Positions 47,601 to 58,250 of a stretch of DNA of 64,000 bases are shown here, in pieces. Source of the stretch: Camelus dromedarius (Eukaryota). The translations under genes and the position numbers were made by a program. The DNA lies in contig NC_087454.1 of NCBI RefSeq assembly GCF_036321535.1, forward strand, positions 21,266,001-21,330,000, written 5' to 3'. Under the pieces are notes generated by a model. That model saw only the letters and a program-made list of their open reading frames with translations. It searched no databases and was not told where the DNA came from. Position 1 is the first letter of the stretch; the number at the start of each line of letters is the position of its first letter.

Positions 47601-49127
47601 CTCTCTCCCTGCGCCCTAGCCAAGCAAAGTGCCTGACTCCCGGGCCTCAAACCCCATTGCACGATGCAGTTAATTGGTCTTTGCAGTGGGAACGTGGGAA
47701 CCGTTAGGTCTCCCACCGCTTCCTTTCTGCTCACGCACTCAAGCCCAGCATCTGGTGACGAGAGAGTCAGTGAATCCTCACTCGCTATAAGGAAGAGGCT
47801 GCAGCGTAGGTGAGCGCGCTTGAGCTCAAAAGCGTGAGCTTTGCAGGACCGGATGTGGGCACGGGTGGGGCTCGAAAACCCTGTTTTTAAACAGGGTAAG
47901 AATCGCAAGTAGCAAGATCTAGCAGGAAAGAAGTTCCTCCTTCTGAGACCCTCCCAACACCTTTGCATTGCAAGTTTCTTAAGGTCCAGTGTCCAGAACC
48001 CCTGCCTCTCTCCAAAGCTGCGCCCCCGGAACACCACGAAGCCCCGCGCCCAATAAAAATTTTTAACAGGTCTGGGGCTAGGAGAAGCGGTTAGGGACAG
48101 TTTTTTTTTTCTTTCTTTCTTTCTTTTTTGTATACAACTGTTAGAGATAGTTTAATTTTAGCTGAACCGCCTCGATTTACAAATAAGGAAACTGAGAGTT
48201 GACTGGGGAAATGACTCGCTCAAGTTGGCACAGCGAGTCACCGGCTGATCTGGACCCCTATTATCTACCCGTTTATCTCCACTTCCCCTCCTTAGATACC
48301 TGTAGCCATGGTGATGAGAGCAGGCTCAAGCTGAGGCTCGGACTCTCGTCGAAGGAGGCTGGAGAGGCTGAGGACCGGGCTGGATATGCTGACCATGAGC
48401 CAAGTCCCGTCCAGGGCCCGCGGGCAGCTCTGCTCCGGAGTCAAGACGCTGACCCAGTTTGCTGAGGCAGGGAACGGGACGTATCGGCTCAGCTCGCAGC
48501 GTGGCGCGGGGGCGTCCCGGGGGTACCGCCTGAAGGCCGCCAGGAGGGCACCCGCAGGATCTGTGAGCGCAGAGAAGGGAGTTGCTGCTGTAGAGTCGCC
48601 ACCAGGAAAGGGCCGGGGATGGCAGCGTCCAGGGAACTTCAGACGTACAGATTACCAGGTAGTGAGAGATTTAGCAGTAATCCAGTTTCATTTTACAGAG
48701 GGGGAAACTAAGGCCCGAGGTCACTGCGAGACCTAAAAAGGAGGGGGTCTCGATGGAGACGACAGCGTTAGGAGCGAGTCGGGGGGACTCACCATGCACT
48801 TTCAGGTAGAGCTCTGGGTCGAGGTCCGGCCGGGGAAGTAGGCTCTCCGCGCCCTGGCGCAGCAGCAGTGCAGCGGGTTTCTTGGTTAGCTGGCCCCTGC
48901 CCGCATCCTCCACCAACCAACACTCTATCACCGCGGGTCCCGCCGAGACGGCGGTCCCCAAGCCTGGGGGAGAGGGGCGCAAGTAAGGGGACAAGCCCAA
49001 TGTCAGGTGACCCAACCTCCCACTCTCCCGTTCCGACGTGCCAGGGTCACCTCTGGCATCCCTGGGCAAAGAGTCGCGGGGTTTGCTCACCCAAAGCCAC
49101 AGCGAGGAGCAGGGACAGAGGCTTCAT
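41086..49127 (-). CDS. TAPBP: Tapasin (TAP-binding protein), 8 exons, 449 aa
   Basis: Exons 49091-49127, 48793-48963, 48300-48560, 42964-43362, 42253-42594, 42084-42173, 41917-41954, 41086-41097. Sum is 1350 nt. Signal peptide MKPLSLLLAVALG, IECW, QSCPR, NGT sequon, Ig-C1 LLCLVSHFYP...YACRVHH, TM with Lys, C-terminal KKTQ*. AATAAA on - at 40014-40019. Confidence 0.96.
41331..41608. mobile_element. MER3-like hAT MITE
   Basis: CTGCTGTCCAGTAG...GAGCATTTGAAATGTGGCTAGTCCGAATTGAGGTGTGCT...ATTTCTGTAGGACAATGCTG, with terminal inverted similarity. Confidence 0.7.
41635..41722 (-). mobile_element. tRNA-derived SINE (Vic-1 type) in TAPBP intron 7
   Basis: TTTTTGGAGGTACTGGGGATTGAACCCAGGACCTTGTGCATGCCGAGCATACACTCTACCACTGATCTATACCCTC. 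Confidence 0.88.
43877..43965 (+). mobile_element. 3' tail fragment of a Vic-1-type SINE
   Basis: CTCCATTAAATAAATAAAC(AAAC)(AC)n CCTAATTATCTCCCC plus poly(A), matching the tail of the copy at 7922. Confidence 0.65.
44270..44530. mobile_element. MIR element
   Basis: GGGTTCAATTCTGAGCCCTGCTTCTTAC...GGGCAAGTCACCTAACTGCTCTGTGTCTC..TTCTTCATCTGTGACATGGGGATAAT...TAAAGTGCTTAGAACAGGACCTGGCATAC. Confidence 0.8.
44654..44693 (+). repeat. (CA)20 perfect microsatellite in TAPBP intron 3
   Basis: Directly visible. Confidence 0.95.
45595..45990 (+). mobile_element. MLT1A-like MaLR solo LTR inserted in L1M 3' remnants (about 45340-46500)
   Basis: GTATTTGGAGACAG, GTTAAATGAGGTCATAAAGGTAGGGCCCTAATC, GAAGGTGGCCATCTG, CAGCCTCCAGAACTGTGAGAAAATAAATTCCTATTGTTTAAGC-like motifs. 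Confidence 0.8.
46172..46259 (-). mobile_element. tRNA-derived SINE (Vic-1 type)
   Basis: TTTAATGGACATACTGGGGATTGAACCCAGGACC...CTCTACCACTGAGCTGTATCTTCCCCC. Confidence 0.87.
46925..47045. mobile_element. MER5A-like hAT fragment
   Basis: CCAGGGCCACCCCAGAGATTTTGATTTAATT..CTGGAGTAG...GATTCTTATTTGCAGCCTGGACTGAGAACTACTG. Confidence 0.65.
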
Positions 49128-49159
49128 GGCGCCGCGATCTTCTCAGTCCCGAAGCCTCC

Positions 49160-49380
49160 TCTTCCCCCTTTCACTTTCACTTTCCTCCAAAGGCCAGCAG
49201 GAGGGGTGGAGGAAGTCCCAGCTCTGATTAGGTTACAGCGCGTGGGAGGCAGGTGCTTCCCCCACTGGCTGGGCAGGGATCCCTGAACATCCTCTCCAGT
49301 TCTGGTCTGGAGACCTCGGCCTCGCCCTGCCCTCCTGGACCTCCCAGTACCACAGAGTCCAGGAGCCTTCCCACACCCTA
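49160..49380 (-). promoter_or_regulatory. TAPBP: TAPBP proximal promoter / 5'UTR with tandem IRF element and kB-like site
   Basis: Minus strand GGAAAGTGAAAGTGAAA at 49184-49168 and GGGAAGGCTCC at 49372-49362. Confidence 0.75.
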
Positions 49381-50086
49381 GGCTCCCCTTCCCGTGCCCT
49401 CTCCCCCAGAATCCACCTCCCTGAGAACCATTACTACACCTTCCCCGACCTGTGCCAGGTCCCTAGCAAACACACAGGGGTTGTCGGGAAGCCAAATGAA
49501 ATGACCAATAAATATTTTAATCACTGTTTAAAAAAAATAAGATTTAAAATAAAAACCTTGTACTCCTGTGACTTACTCCCTCTTTGTCTCCATTCCCCCC
49601 TCCCCAATGATAATGGAGTTGGGGGAACCCAAGGTGGGGAAAGAGGGGTTAGGGTAGAAATAAGGGGCACATCCTCTGGGGGGCAAGATATATTCTACGA
49701 CAAGGGTGGGGCTCAAAGGCCTGGTCCCCACAACAACACAAACACAGACTTCAGATACAGACTACAACCACCTGACCCTTGATCCAGTGACTCCAGGATG
49801 CTCAACAAGCCCCGTTCCCCTCCCCACCATATGGGTGCCTGGGCTCTCGGCTTCAGTGTACCCATCTGAATGGAAGGAAGGGCTTAGTTCTGGGGATGCT
49901 TTGGGGAGGAGGGGCTGAGGAGTGGAATGGGGTGGCCCAAGGTGCAACGCGGTTCCCCCTCCAGAATATATACAAGTCCATAGCGATAGGAAGACTGTGT
50001 TAGGAGATCACCTAGGGGACACAGCGCCCCTGGCTCGTGATCCCTATTCCCTCTTCCCAGGAAGCTACTCCCAGTAATCTGCCTCT

Positions 50087-51994
50087 TCAGTTTGCTCCTC
50101 CGCCCCCACTGAAGCCCATCTCCACCTTGGGGACACTGGGTGGGGACCAGACACGTCGGCTGGGCGGAGGCGTGGCCCCACTGGCCTCATCACCACTGCC
50201 CCTGCCAGGGGACTCTCTCTTGGGCTGCAAGGCTGGCCCCATGGGCCCACCAGGTCCCGGTCCGGCCCCACTCCCACCTAGGCGGTGCCGGCGCTCACAG
50301 TGTCCTCGGTGTCGCATGAAGCTGTCTCGCCACATGAACTTCTTGGCACAGACACCGCACTCATAGGGCTTGAGGCCTGTGTGCGTCTTCATGTGCTCTG
50401 TCAGGTGGTGCTTCATCTTGAACTTTTTGTTGCACACGGGGCAGTCAAAGGGCCGCAGGTTGAGATGCATGTTCACATGCCGGTCTCGCATGCTCTTGTG
50501 GGAAAAGGCCTTGCCGCAGTGGCACAGAAATATCTTATTTCCATCCCCACTGCCTGTCCCTCCAGAGGTCCCACCAGTGCCACTTGGCATACCCAGGCCC
50601 CCTGCTGGTGTGCCCCCCAGGGTCACCGCCCCATGTTCAGCTTGGTTCCCTGGCGGCTGGCCTGGAGCCTGTGAGGAGGAGGAGGAGGAGGAGGAAGAGG
50701 ATGGGAAGACTAGGATTTGGTTGGCCTGCATGTCCAGGGGAAGCAGGGGCCTTGGAGGGTGAGAGGCAGTATACGAGGAAGGGGTGGGTCCCCCTGAATC
50801 ATCAAGCCCTGCCCCAGGACCCCCACCTTCATAGGGGCCAAAGTCATTGGAGGACTCACAGAAATTGACCTGCTCCTCTCCCTTGTCCGGAGGCTCAGAC
50901 AGGGTCCGGACATCACTTATGCTAAGGGTAGCCTCAGGTCCTCCCCCTGCTGGAACCCCCGAGCCACCCCCAAGCTCTTCATCTTCATCATCCTCACAGG
51001 TTAACACCAAGTCTTCCTCCTCCTCCTCCTCTTCGAGGTCTGGGTCCTGGGGAGCCAAGGGTGCTGGTGCTGGGCAGTTTCCACCCCGCTTCACATATAC
51101 CCAGTGTTTCTGTGGCACGATGCTGGGGGGTGCATAGGTGGGCCGCCTGAGCCCAGACCCAGGGACCACCGCACCCCTCCCATCCCCACCATCATCACAC
51201 AGCTCGTCTGCCTCCAGCAGCAGCTTTCCAGAGGTAGCCCCACCACTGCCAACCACAGGGGCTGGGAACACAGGGCCACCTCCTCGACGCTCCCCGCTGC
51301 CCACTGCAGAAGCTGCAAATGCCTCTTGGGAGGAAGAGGAGAAATCAGTGGACTCCCGGGGGCTGAAGTAGTTGCTGCTGCTGGGGGACTGATTCTCACT
51401 GGCCCGACTGGAGGCATGGGAGCGCACGGAGCCCACTGGGGCAGGGGTCACAGTGCCCCCACTCCCTGAGGGGACCCCAGCACCAGGGACAGTGACTGAG
51501 GTGGCTGCAGCAGTGGTGATGGTGGTGGCAGTGGCCGAGGCCCGGCCCTCGCGGAGGAGTTCAGTGCATTTATCCACAATGTGCCACATTTGGAGCACAG
51601 ACCCCACTGTGAGGAAGTTGACAATGTCAGCAGCGGCCATGCTGAGGCGGCCAGTATAAGCCGAAGCCAAGACAGTCTCGAAGGCTCCTGGGTCCATGAC
51701 ACTGGGCAGTGAGATGGAGGTCATGCCCTTGAGTAGGACCTGGTCGTGGAAGTAAGGGGAAGAGGCAGCCAGGACAGCACGATGAGCCCTGAATTCACGT
51801 CCCTGCACTCGGATGGACACATCACAGAGCTGGCCTTGTAGCCGCTGCTGATTGAGGGACTCCAGAAGGGCACTGGTCACCTCAGGGAAGGACACGTGCA
51901 CCACTGCAGCTGCAGGCAGGGGCAGTGGTGGGGGAGCCAGCGATAGAGGCAGGGGGAGTGCTGCCCCACTGGAAGACAGAGGAGAAGGCTCCAT
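50087..51994 (-). CDS. ZBTB22: BTB/POZ and C2H2 zinc-finger protein 22, single coding exon, 635 aa
   Basis: BTB domain (LNQQRLQGQLCDVSI..FRAHRAVLAASSPYF) and C-terminal C2H2 fingers. Acceptor at 52063. Non-coding exon 1 donor (CG/GTAAGC) at 52697. ATTAAA on - at 49516-49521. Confidence 0.98.
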   Translation of the reverse strand: MEPSPLSSSGAALPLPLSLAPPPLPLPAAAVVHVSFPEVTSALLESLNQQRLQGQLCDVSIRVQGREFRAHRAVLAASSPYFHDQVLLKGMTSISLPSVMDPGAFETVLASAYTGRLSMAAADIVNFLTVGSVLQMWHIVDKCTELLREGRASATATTITTAAATSVTVPGAGVPSGSGGTVTPAPVGSVRSHASSRASENQSPSSSNYFSPRESTDFSSSSQEAFAASAVGSGERRGGGPVFPAPVVGSGGATSGKLLLEADELCDDGGDGRGAVVPGSGLRRPTYAPPSIVPQKHWVYVKRGGNCPAPAPLAPQDPDLEEEEEEEDLVLTCEDDEDEELGGGSGVPAGGGPEATLSISDVRTLSEPPDKGEEQVNFCESSNDFGPYEGGGPGAGLDDSGGPTPSSYTASHPPRPLLPLDMQANQILVFPSSSSSSSSSSQAPGQPPGNQAEHGAVTLGGTPAGGLGMPSGTGGTSGGTGSGDGNKIFLCHCGKAFSHKSMRDRHVNMHLNLRPFDCPVCNKKFKMKHHLTEHMKTHTGLKPYECGVCAKKFMWRDSFMRHRGHCERRHRLGGSGAGPGPGGPMGPALQPKRESPGRGSGDEASGATPPPSRRVWSPPSVPKVEMGFSGGGGAN

Positions 51995-52129
51995 GGTGTG
52001 GAGGGAAGAGGTACCCCCCCAGCCACAGAAGCAAGGGAAGGAGGAGGGCGGCCGGGGGGGTCTCTGGAAAGAGAAAGAGAGACCAATGATAACATCTCAT
52101 AATGACAGTTTAAAAACATGTTCAAGCTT

Positions 52130-52290
52130 ATTGTCTGAGTAACTCCCCACAACAACACTATAAGATAGCTATTCCTTTCAACCTCACTTGACAGATGAGG
52201 AAACTGAGGCTCAGAAAGATTAAGAGATTATCCAAGGTCACATCAGTAAGTGGCAGGGCCCTAACTCCAAATCCAATGCTCTTTTCTTGG
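52130..52290. mobile_element. MIR in the ZBTB22 intron
   Basis: CTTGACAGATGAGGAAACTGAGGCTCAGAAAGATTAAG..TCCAAGGTCACATCAGTAAGTGGCAG. Confidence 0.85.
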
Positions 52291-52599
52291 ACGTTAGAGA
52301 AATAAGGTGCTCCTGGGGAGTGGGGTGCCTCCCCTCAGAAATTCCCACTTGCCTGAGAGCCTGACTTTCCAAAATTTACCTTTTTGGTGTGTTGCACCCT
52401 TTTCTTGGGAGGGGGGCAAGTGGGCTCTGGTACTGAAAACCACCCCTCTCTCCCATGTCCCTTCAGGCTATGCCCCCTGGCTCTTTCGCCAGCCACGCCC
52501 CTTGGCCCCAAGTTACCTATAACCCCGCCCATTAGGCCCCGCCCTTCTCAAGATCCGCCCCGTAGCTCTTTTGGCCCCGCCCCTTGCCTTCCCCTGCCC

Positions 52600-53200
52600 A
52601 CATCGGACCCCGCCCCCCTCTGCTCCGCCCCAAGCGCTACTTTGACCTCCTCTCCCACCCGGAAGGCGCCCCCCAACCCCGCGCGTCCCCGCTTACCGGG
52701 CCGCGCGCCCCCGGGCCCCCCCGCCCCTCACTCGGCTGCCAGAGCCGCAGCCTGGGCCCCTCCCGCCGCCATCTTGCGCCGACTCCCTCCGCCCTCCGCC
52801 TCCGCTCCGCCTCCCGCCCCTCCGGCTTTAAAGGCACAGGCGGGCACCCCCACCCGAGCCGCTGGGCAATACTCGGCCGACTCGGCCACTTCGCCTTTAA
52901 AGAACAGTTGTCTCATTCCACCTTAAAGGTACCAGGTCTCTTCCGCCCCTGAGGACTTAGGGCTTGGTTCGGCCGAAGCTCTCATTCCCTTTTAATTCGG
53001 TAAGCCTGCCTCTTCCCACTGGCGATGGGTCCTGGCCACGGCTGCCTGAGCTCCGCCCCCGAGCTGTGGCCATTAGCAGATTTGCGGGATCTAATCGCCC
53101 CGGTCTCCCAGCTTCCGACAGTCCCCCAGAAACCCCACCCCCTTCCTCCAGGCCTGGATTGGCCAAATAACCTTGAGTAGGCCCCTGATTGGCCTTTTTA
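52600..53200 (-). promoter_or_regulatory. ZBTB22: ZBTB22 CpG-island promoter and non-coding exon 1
   Basis: Very GC/CpG-rich. YY1-like GCCGCCATCTTG near 52766. CCAAT-type sites near 53158 and 53188. Confidence 0.75.
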
Positions 53201-53623
53201 CTGCTACCGCTCGAAGTGAGAAAGTAAAGCGCGTTCAAGAAGTTGAAGCACATTTTTTTAGTGCCTAGCAGAGGGCAAGGGGAAGGCCTGAGGGCGAGGA
53301 AATCCCAAGAAAGGCCTGCTAAAGGTAGCTAGAAAGGACAGATCCAGGGCTACCCAGGAGGCAGGCTAACTCTAAACCAGAGAACAGCTGGTGCCAATCA
53401 CGAGCTGGTGAGAGCAGGCCGAGGAAAAGACAGGGGTACAATAAGAAAAGAACTTTATTGTTTATTAATGTTTCTGTGTAAAACTTAAGCCTTTTTAAAA
53501 AAAAAAAAAAGAAACCACCAAAAGGGGATTAGCTCAGTCCATCCCTTCCTCTGTCGTCTGCTTCCCACCATCCTCCAAATACTATTCCAAAACATTTTGT
53601 AGGCAGGGAGGAGGGGGAGGCAG

Positions 53624-56600
53624 CTAATCAGAATCTGAGAGCACGATGATCTCCTCTGGATCGCACTGTGTGGCCACACTCATCTGCAGGGGAGTGAGAG
53701 ACAAAAAGTCAGAGAGGTCTGGAACATAGTGGGAGTTCGAGAAGCAGAGGGAAAGACTTATCAGAGATTAAAAATTGGGGTGGGAAAAAAAGGAAGCAAG
53801 AGGACGTGGTGGGTGCAATATTCAGAGAACCCAAAAGAGAACAGTGAGAGAGAATGAAGTCAGGAAAAGTGTCCGCCTCTTACCTTATAAGTACCAGGCC
53901 TGGAGGGTTGTGATTGGGGGGTTTGGGACAACCGGGGTGGAAATGGACTACAGAGGGAGCTGGTCACCAGGCCATGGCTAGGAGAGTCCACCCTCGTTGA
54001 GGAATCAGCAACTGGAGCCATGGAAGCCAAGGGGGAAGGTGGGCTGGGCAGCGTACATGTCTTCTTCCCATTCTTCCCACGCAATGCCCTTTGCCTTTCC
54101 ACATAGCTAGGGACAGAAACATAAAGGTGTGGAGGGGTCTGGGGAGCCTGAGGCTGGAGGGGGAGTGTTCAGTTTCTCCCAGCAGACCCAGTTCCACAAC
54201 ATTCCTCTCAGAAAAAAGCCCCCTGGAGTCCCTCCTTGGCTTCCCTCTTCCCTCTCCTTGTTGCTATTACCTATTTCTTAATGGCCCTGCTTCTGTTTGC
54301 TTCTCCATCCGAGATTTCTTCCGGGGAGGACTGGCATCTCCCCAGGTGTGAGGAGAGACACCTCCATTGAAGGAAGTGGAGGTGACCATGGCTGCTCCAT
54401 TCTCCAAAACAGTGGTGAGGGGTTCCTCTGATTGCTTCCTGGAAGAGGAAACATCCCTCTCCTCAGGAGAAGGGGTAGTATCCAGAGGCAAGGCTTCAAT
54501 CTCTAGCTCAAAGAGCTGAGACATAGGGCTCTCTTCCTCCAGGGGCAACTCTTCGAGGTGTTCTCCATTGCTTTCAGCATCTATGCTGGAGAGGGCTGGG
54601 GGCTCTTCTGACAGTGAAGATGGTGACACTGCGAGGCTTTTGTTTTGTTGCTCCCCTGAAGACCTGCTGATCCCTTTGCTAGGTTCCAGTTTCTTTTCGG
54701 TGGAGATCTGTAGCAGGGACGTGGGGCTCTTATCTCCATCCTTACCTGGAAAAGAAGTAAAGAGGAGAGAGGTAACAGAAGAACTAGGGGAGAGAAAACC
54801 GCTGAGAGGACACTAGGAGAAAGAGGAGGAAGAGGAGGAAGGGAAGGATCTCAAACAGGGGGCTCATGCCCAAGAGTAGAGGGAACTGACACATGGGAAG
54901 ACTGTCCTTGACATACCTGCTTCCTCCTCCTCCTCTTCATCGTCCCCCTGACCTTCCTGCATCTGTTCCAGATCCTCCTCTTCTTCAGAATCTGTGGCGT
55001 CCTCCTCTTCTTCCTCCTCTTCTTCCTCCTCCTCCTCTTCCTCCTCCTCATCACTTTCCTCATCTTCTTCATCATCTGTCTCAGCCTTGAAGGTGGTAGG
55101 GCATTCCTGGGATGCCATCCCACTAGGGCCCTACAGGGAACAAAGGAGTTTCTCTAAGGAATCCCTTGCCCTAGAGGGGCTGGTTCTTGTGTTCCTTCTG
55201 CACACTTCCCTATCAGTCACCATGGACTCCCTCCTGGCCAGTGCAGGAAAAGGATAGGGTCTCTGAAGGGTGTTTCCCTTCCATACCTCACCAGAATCCA
55301 GGGAGGCTTTGGGGGGATCTACAGAGTGGGAAGAGGTGGCTTGGGGGAGCCGGGCTCTTCTCCTCTGTCTCTCGCCCTCCTCACTCTGGTCTTGCATCAT
55401 TGCATATTTAGAGATGACCTCATCCAGACGGCTCATAGCCAAGCTCCGGTTCTCCCGCAGGCGCCGGGCGAGGGCAGGATCTGACAGTGCGGGATCAATG
55501 CCTATGTGGGAAGACATAAAGTCAGAGCAGTCACCCAGAACCCAACCCAGAAGGAGGGACTAGAGAGATGCCTCCTCCGCCACACACCTGACATACTAGG
55601 GTTACTTATGGTNNNNNNNNNNNNNNNNNNNNNNNNNNNNNNNNNNNNNNNNNNNNNNNNNNNNNNNNNNNNNNNNNNNNNNNNNNNNNNNNNNNNNNNN
55701 NNNNNNNNNNNNNNNNNNNNNNNNNNNNNNNNNNNNNNNNNNNNNNNNNNNNNNNNNNNNNNNNNNNNNNNNNNNNGCAGCTGCCTTCTCTACGGCCCGC
55801 AGCACATCTCCATAGTCAGGGAAGGTGTCAAGCCCTGGTTTGTTGATGAGCCGCTCAATGCGCCTGTTCACCTCTGGGTAGCGGGTACCACGATAGGGGA
55901 TGCGCTGCTCTATGACCCGGCCTGTCAGTGAAGAGCAGTCTTTCAGCTCACACAGCCGCCCAAAGAGGCGGATCAGCTTACGCTTCAACCTTGCCTCCTG
56001 CAGGTAAGTGGAGTCTGGGTCGTCCAGTTCTGAGAGATCCAGCTCCTTTTCCTGCAGCCGCCGGATCTCCGCTACATAGAGTGCTAGCAGCTGCTCCAAG
56101 CGCTGGATCTGCCGCCGGGAACCACGGGTCCTTGGGGCCTCAGAGGCAGTGGTCTCAGCATTTGTGGGGTCCGAGGAGGAGTCTGTGGGAGGGTTATTCC
56201 CAGAGGGCTCACTAGAGGTGGTGGCAGCAGGGGCCAGGTTCAGCTTCTTCTTGGCTGAGTGGGCCTTGAGGACAGTGCAGAGCTCATTAATGTAGACATA
56301 GAGCTTAGCTGGTCGGCTCTGAGCCCGAGAGAGGACCCGAGAGAGGATGTTGCAGAACTCCGCGGAGGCCAAAAACAGAGAGTGGGCACGCTGCTGCCGG
56401 TTATAGAGGAATGGGACCACCTCAGGGTGGTCCGCTGTCTGCGTCTTACACAGTTCAAGGAACTGGAGGGTTCAGGGGAAAAGGGGAGGGGGAAAGAGAC
56501 AAGGGATGGGGTTGAAAGAAAGAAGGCGTGGTGGGGTTAGTGGGGAAGAAAGGATAGGAGAGCCAGTCAGCCATCCCCCTCCCTGGAGTACAAGAATCTT

Positions 56601-56823
56601 CTCCCCTAAAGCTCACCTCTTTAAACAGCTTCTCATTCTCCAACTTGTAGCATTTCTTGCCGCCCGGACTACTGCTTCCTCTGGCCCCATGGGGCTGGGA
56701 AGAGCCAGGGGCTTCTGCCCCGGGTGAGGCCGGATTGGGGGGTGGGTGGGAGGGCCCTGGCTGAGCAGCTGCTTCGTCTTCATCATCATCATCCAGCACG
56801 ATGATGCTGTTAGCGGTGGCCAT
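53624..56823 (-). CDS. DAXX: Death domain-associated protein 6 (histone H3.3 chaperone), about 741 aa
   Basis: Exons 56617-56823, 56462 into the N gap, 55287-55501, 54917-55130, 54271-54745, 53884-54106, 53624-53683. N-terminal SIM MATANSIIVLDDDD and C-terminal SIM EEIIVLSDSD*. Tandem AATAAA on - at 53454-53466. Confidence 0.97.
55613..55776. other. Assembly gap (164 N) inside DAXX exon 3 and intron 3
   Basis: Run of N after ...RAVEKAA. Confidence 0.99.
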
Positions 56824-57769
56824 GGGGGATCAAATCCCCCGAAGGGAGGAAGTGTTGGGGATTTCGTAATTCCTGCTGGAAGGGGATGGGGCCTCAGAAA
56901 GAGCCCCTCCAGCACAGCCCCATCCCTTTATCTCACACATTTTCCAGTCTTCCTGGGTTTCAAAAACACCCAGCCATGCTCAACAGTGTCCTCACTGCCT
57001 GTGTTCAGCAACCATTAGTACCATATGTTTTTCTGGACCTTTACTGTGGGAGCCCCAAACTGTCTGAAAACCTCAAGTCCCACCCCCAGCTCCACCCCTC
57101 ACGTCGATATCCGGTCTTTCGGTTGTGTTTCTCTACTATTTCTCATAGTTGGCAAGTTGACTCTTACTCTCAATCTCTGGACCGCCTCTCACATTGCACT
57201 CCAGATTTCCTTGACATCCTCTTGAACAGATACCACACCCCGGGTGGCATTACCTCACGTGTTATCCCCCTCTGCTTTCACACACATCAAATCCACATCC
57301 TCACCCCAACCTGAAGGATCACCCCAACTCCTAGACTCTCTGGGGCGAAGGAGGTTCCCTCCCAACAATCCATTCCCTTTTTTCCTGCTTAAATTATCTC
57401 CATATTCCACCCCCTGATGGGTCTCCTCAAACCAGGGCATTAGGTTGGAGATATTTCACCTCAAGACCCCTCCCTCTCAACCCACCCTAATTTTCCTCAT
57501 TCTCTCCCTGTGACCTGTAACTGATCGTGAGCCCCACACTGGGCTCTCCTGAATCCTCTCAGATTCCAGCCCTGAGTCCGGCCCCTTACCCTAGATGAGC
57601 TTCCCGCCAAGTCCCCCGCCCCCAGTTCAGCCCCCGGCCGCCCCACTCCCCTTCAGGGATAGGAAGGAAGGAACTACAGCTTGCCCCTCAGACTCAGAGC
57701 CCGGGACTCCCCAATACCTCTCCCTCGACATTCCCGCCCCCGCCTTCGCTCTCCGCACCGTCGGGCCCC

Positions 57770-58250
57770 CACCTCAGAAACGGTCTCTCGAGGCGACCCT
57801 CGCCGCCGATCTCAGAACCTCGCATGGTTCCCTCCGCCTTCCTTCCCCCTCCCACCGCAGGCCCCACTCCGGACCGGAAGTCTAGGAGTTTCCGCCTACA
57901 GGCACCTGGGAGCGGCCATATTATCGCACGGAATCCCCCGTGGCCGGAAGTCGCGGTAGGCCCGCCCCCCGAGCGCCCGCCCATATTGTCAGCGGCTCCC
58001 TTCCCCCTGACCTGCTGGGGGAGGATTTGTCACTTCAGGGGGTCCCAAAGTACCTGGGGGCCGCCATTTTGCCATACGGCGTTAGCTACGCCTGGACTGG
58101 GGCGCGCCGCGGATTAAGCTCTTTTCATCCGGTGCTTCTGCGACTCCGCCAATCAGAAACTTCCGGCCCAACCGCCCACGAGTCGCATGCAGCGAGGACT
58201 GAGCCACCTTTCCAAGTACGGGAGGGGGGAACGCAACAGGGCAGCTAAAG
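57770..58250 (-). promoter_or_regulatory. DAXX: DAXX CpG-island promoter and non-coding exon 1
   Basis: Donor GAG/GTGGGG at 57773. ETS CCGGAAG near 57876 and 57944. YY1 GCCGCCATTTTG near 58061. CCAAT near 58149. Confidence 0.75.

Noticed and set aside
48292-48299. TAPBP intron 3 donor GTATCT as a U12 intron
   Set aside because: It lacks the CC at +5/+6 and its acceptor has an ordinary polypyrimidine tract, so it is U2-type.
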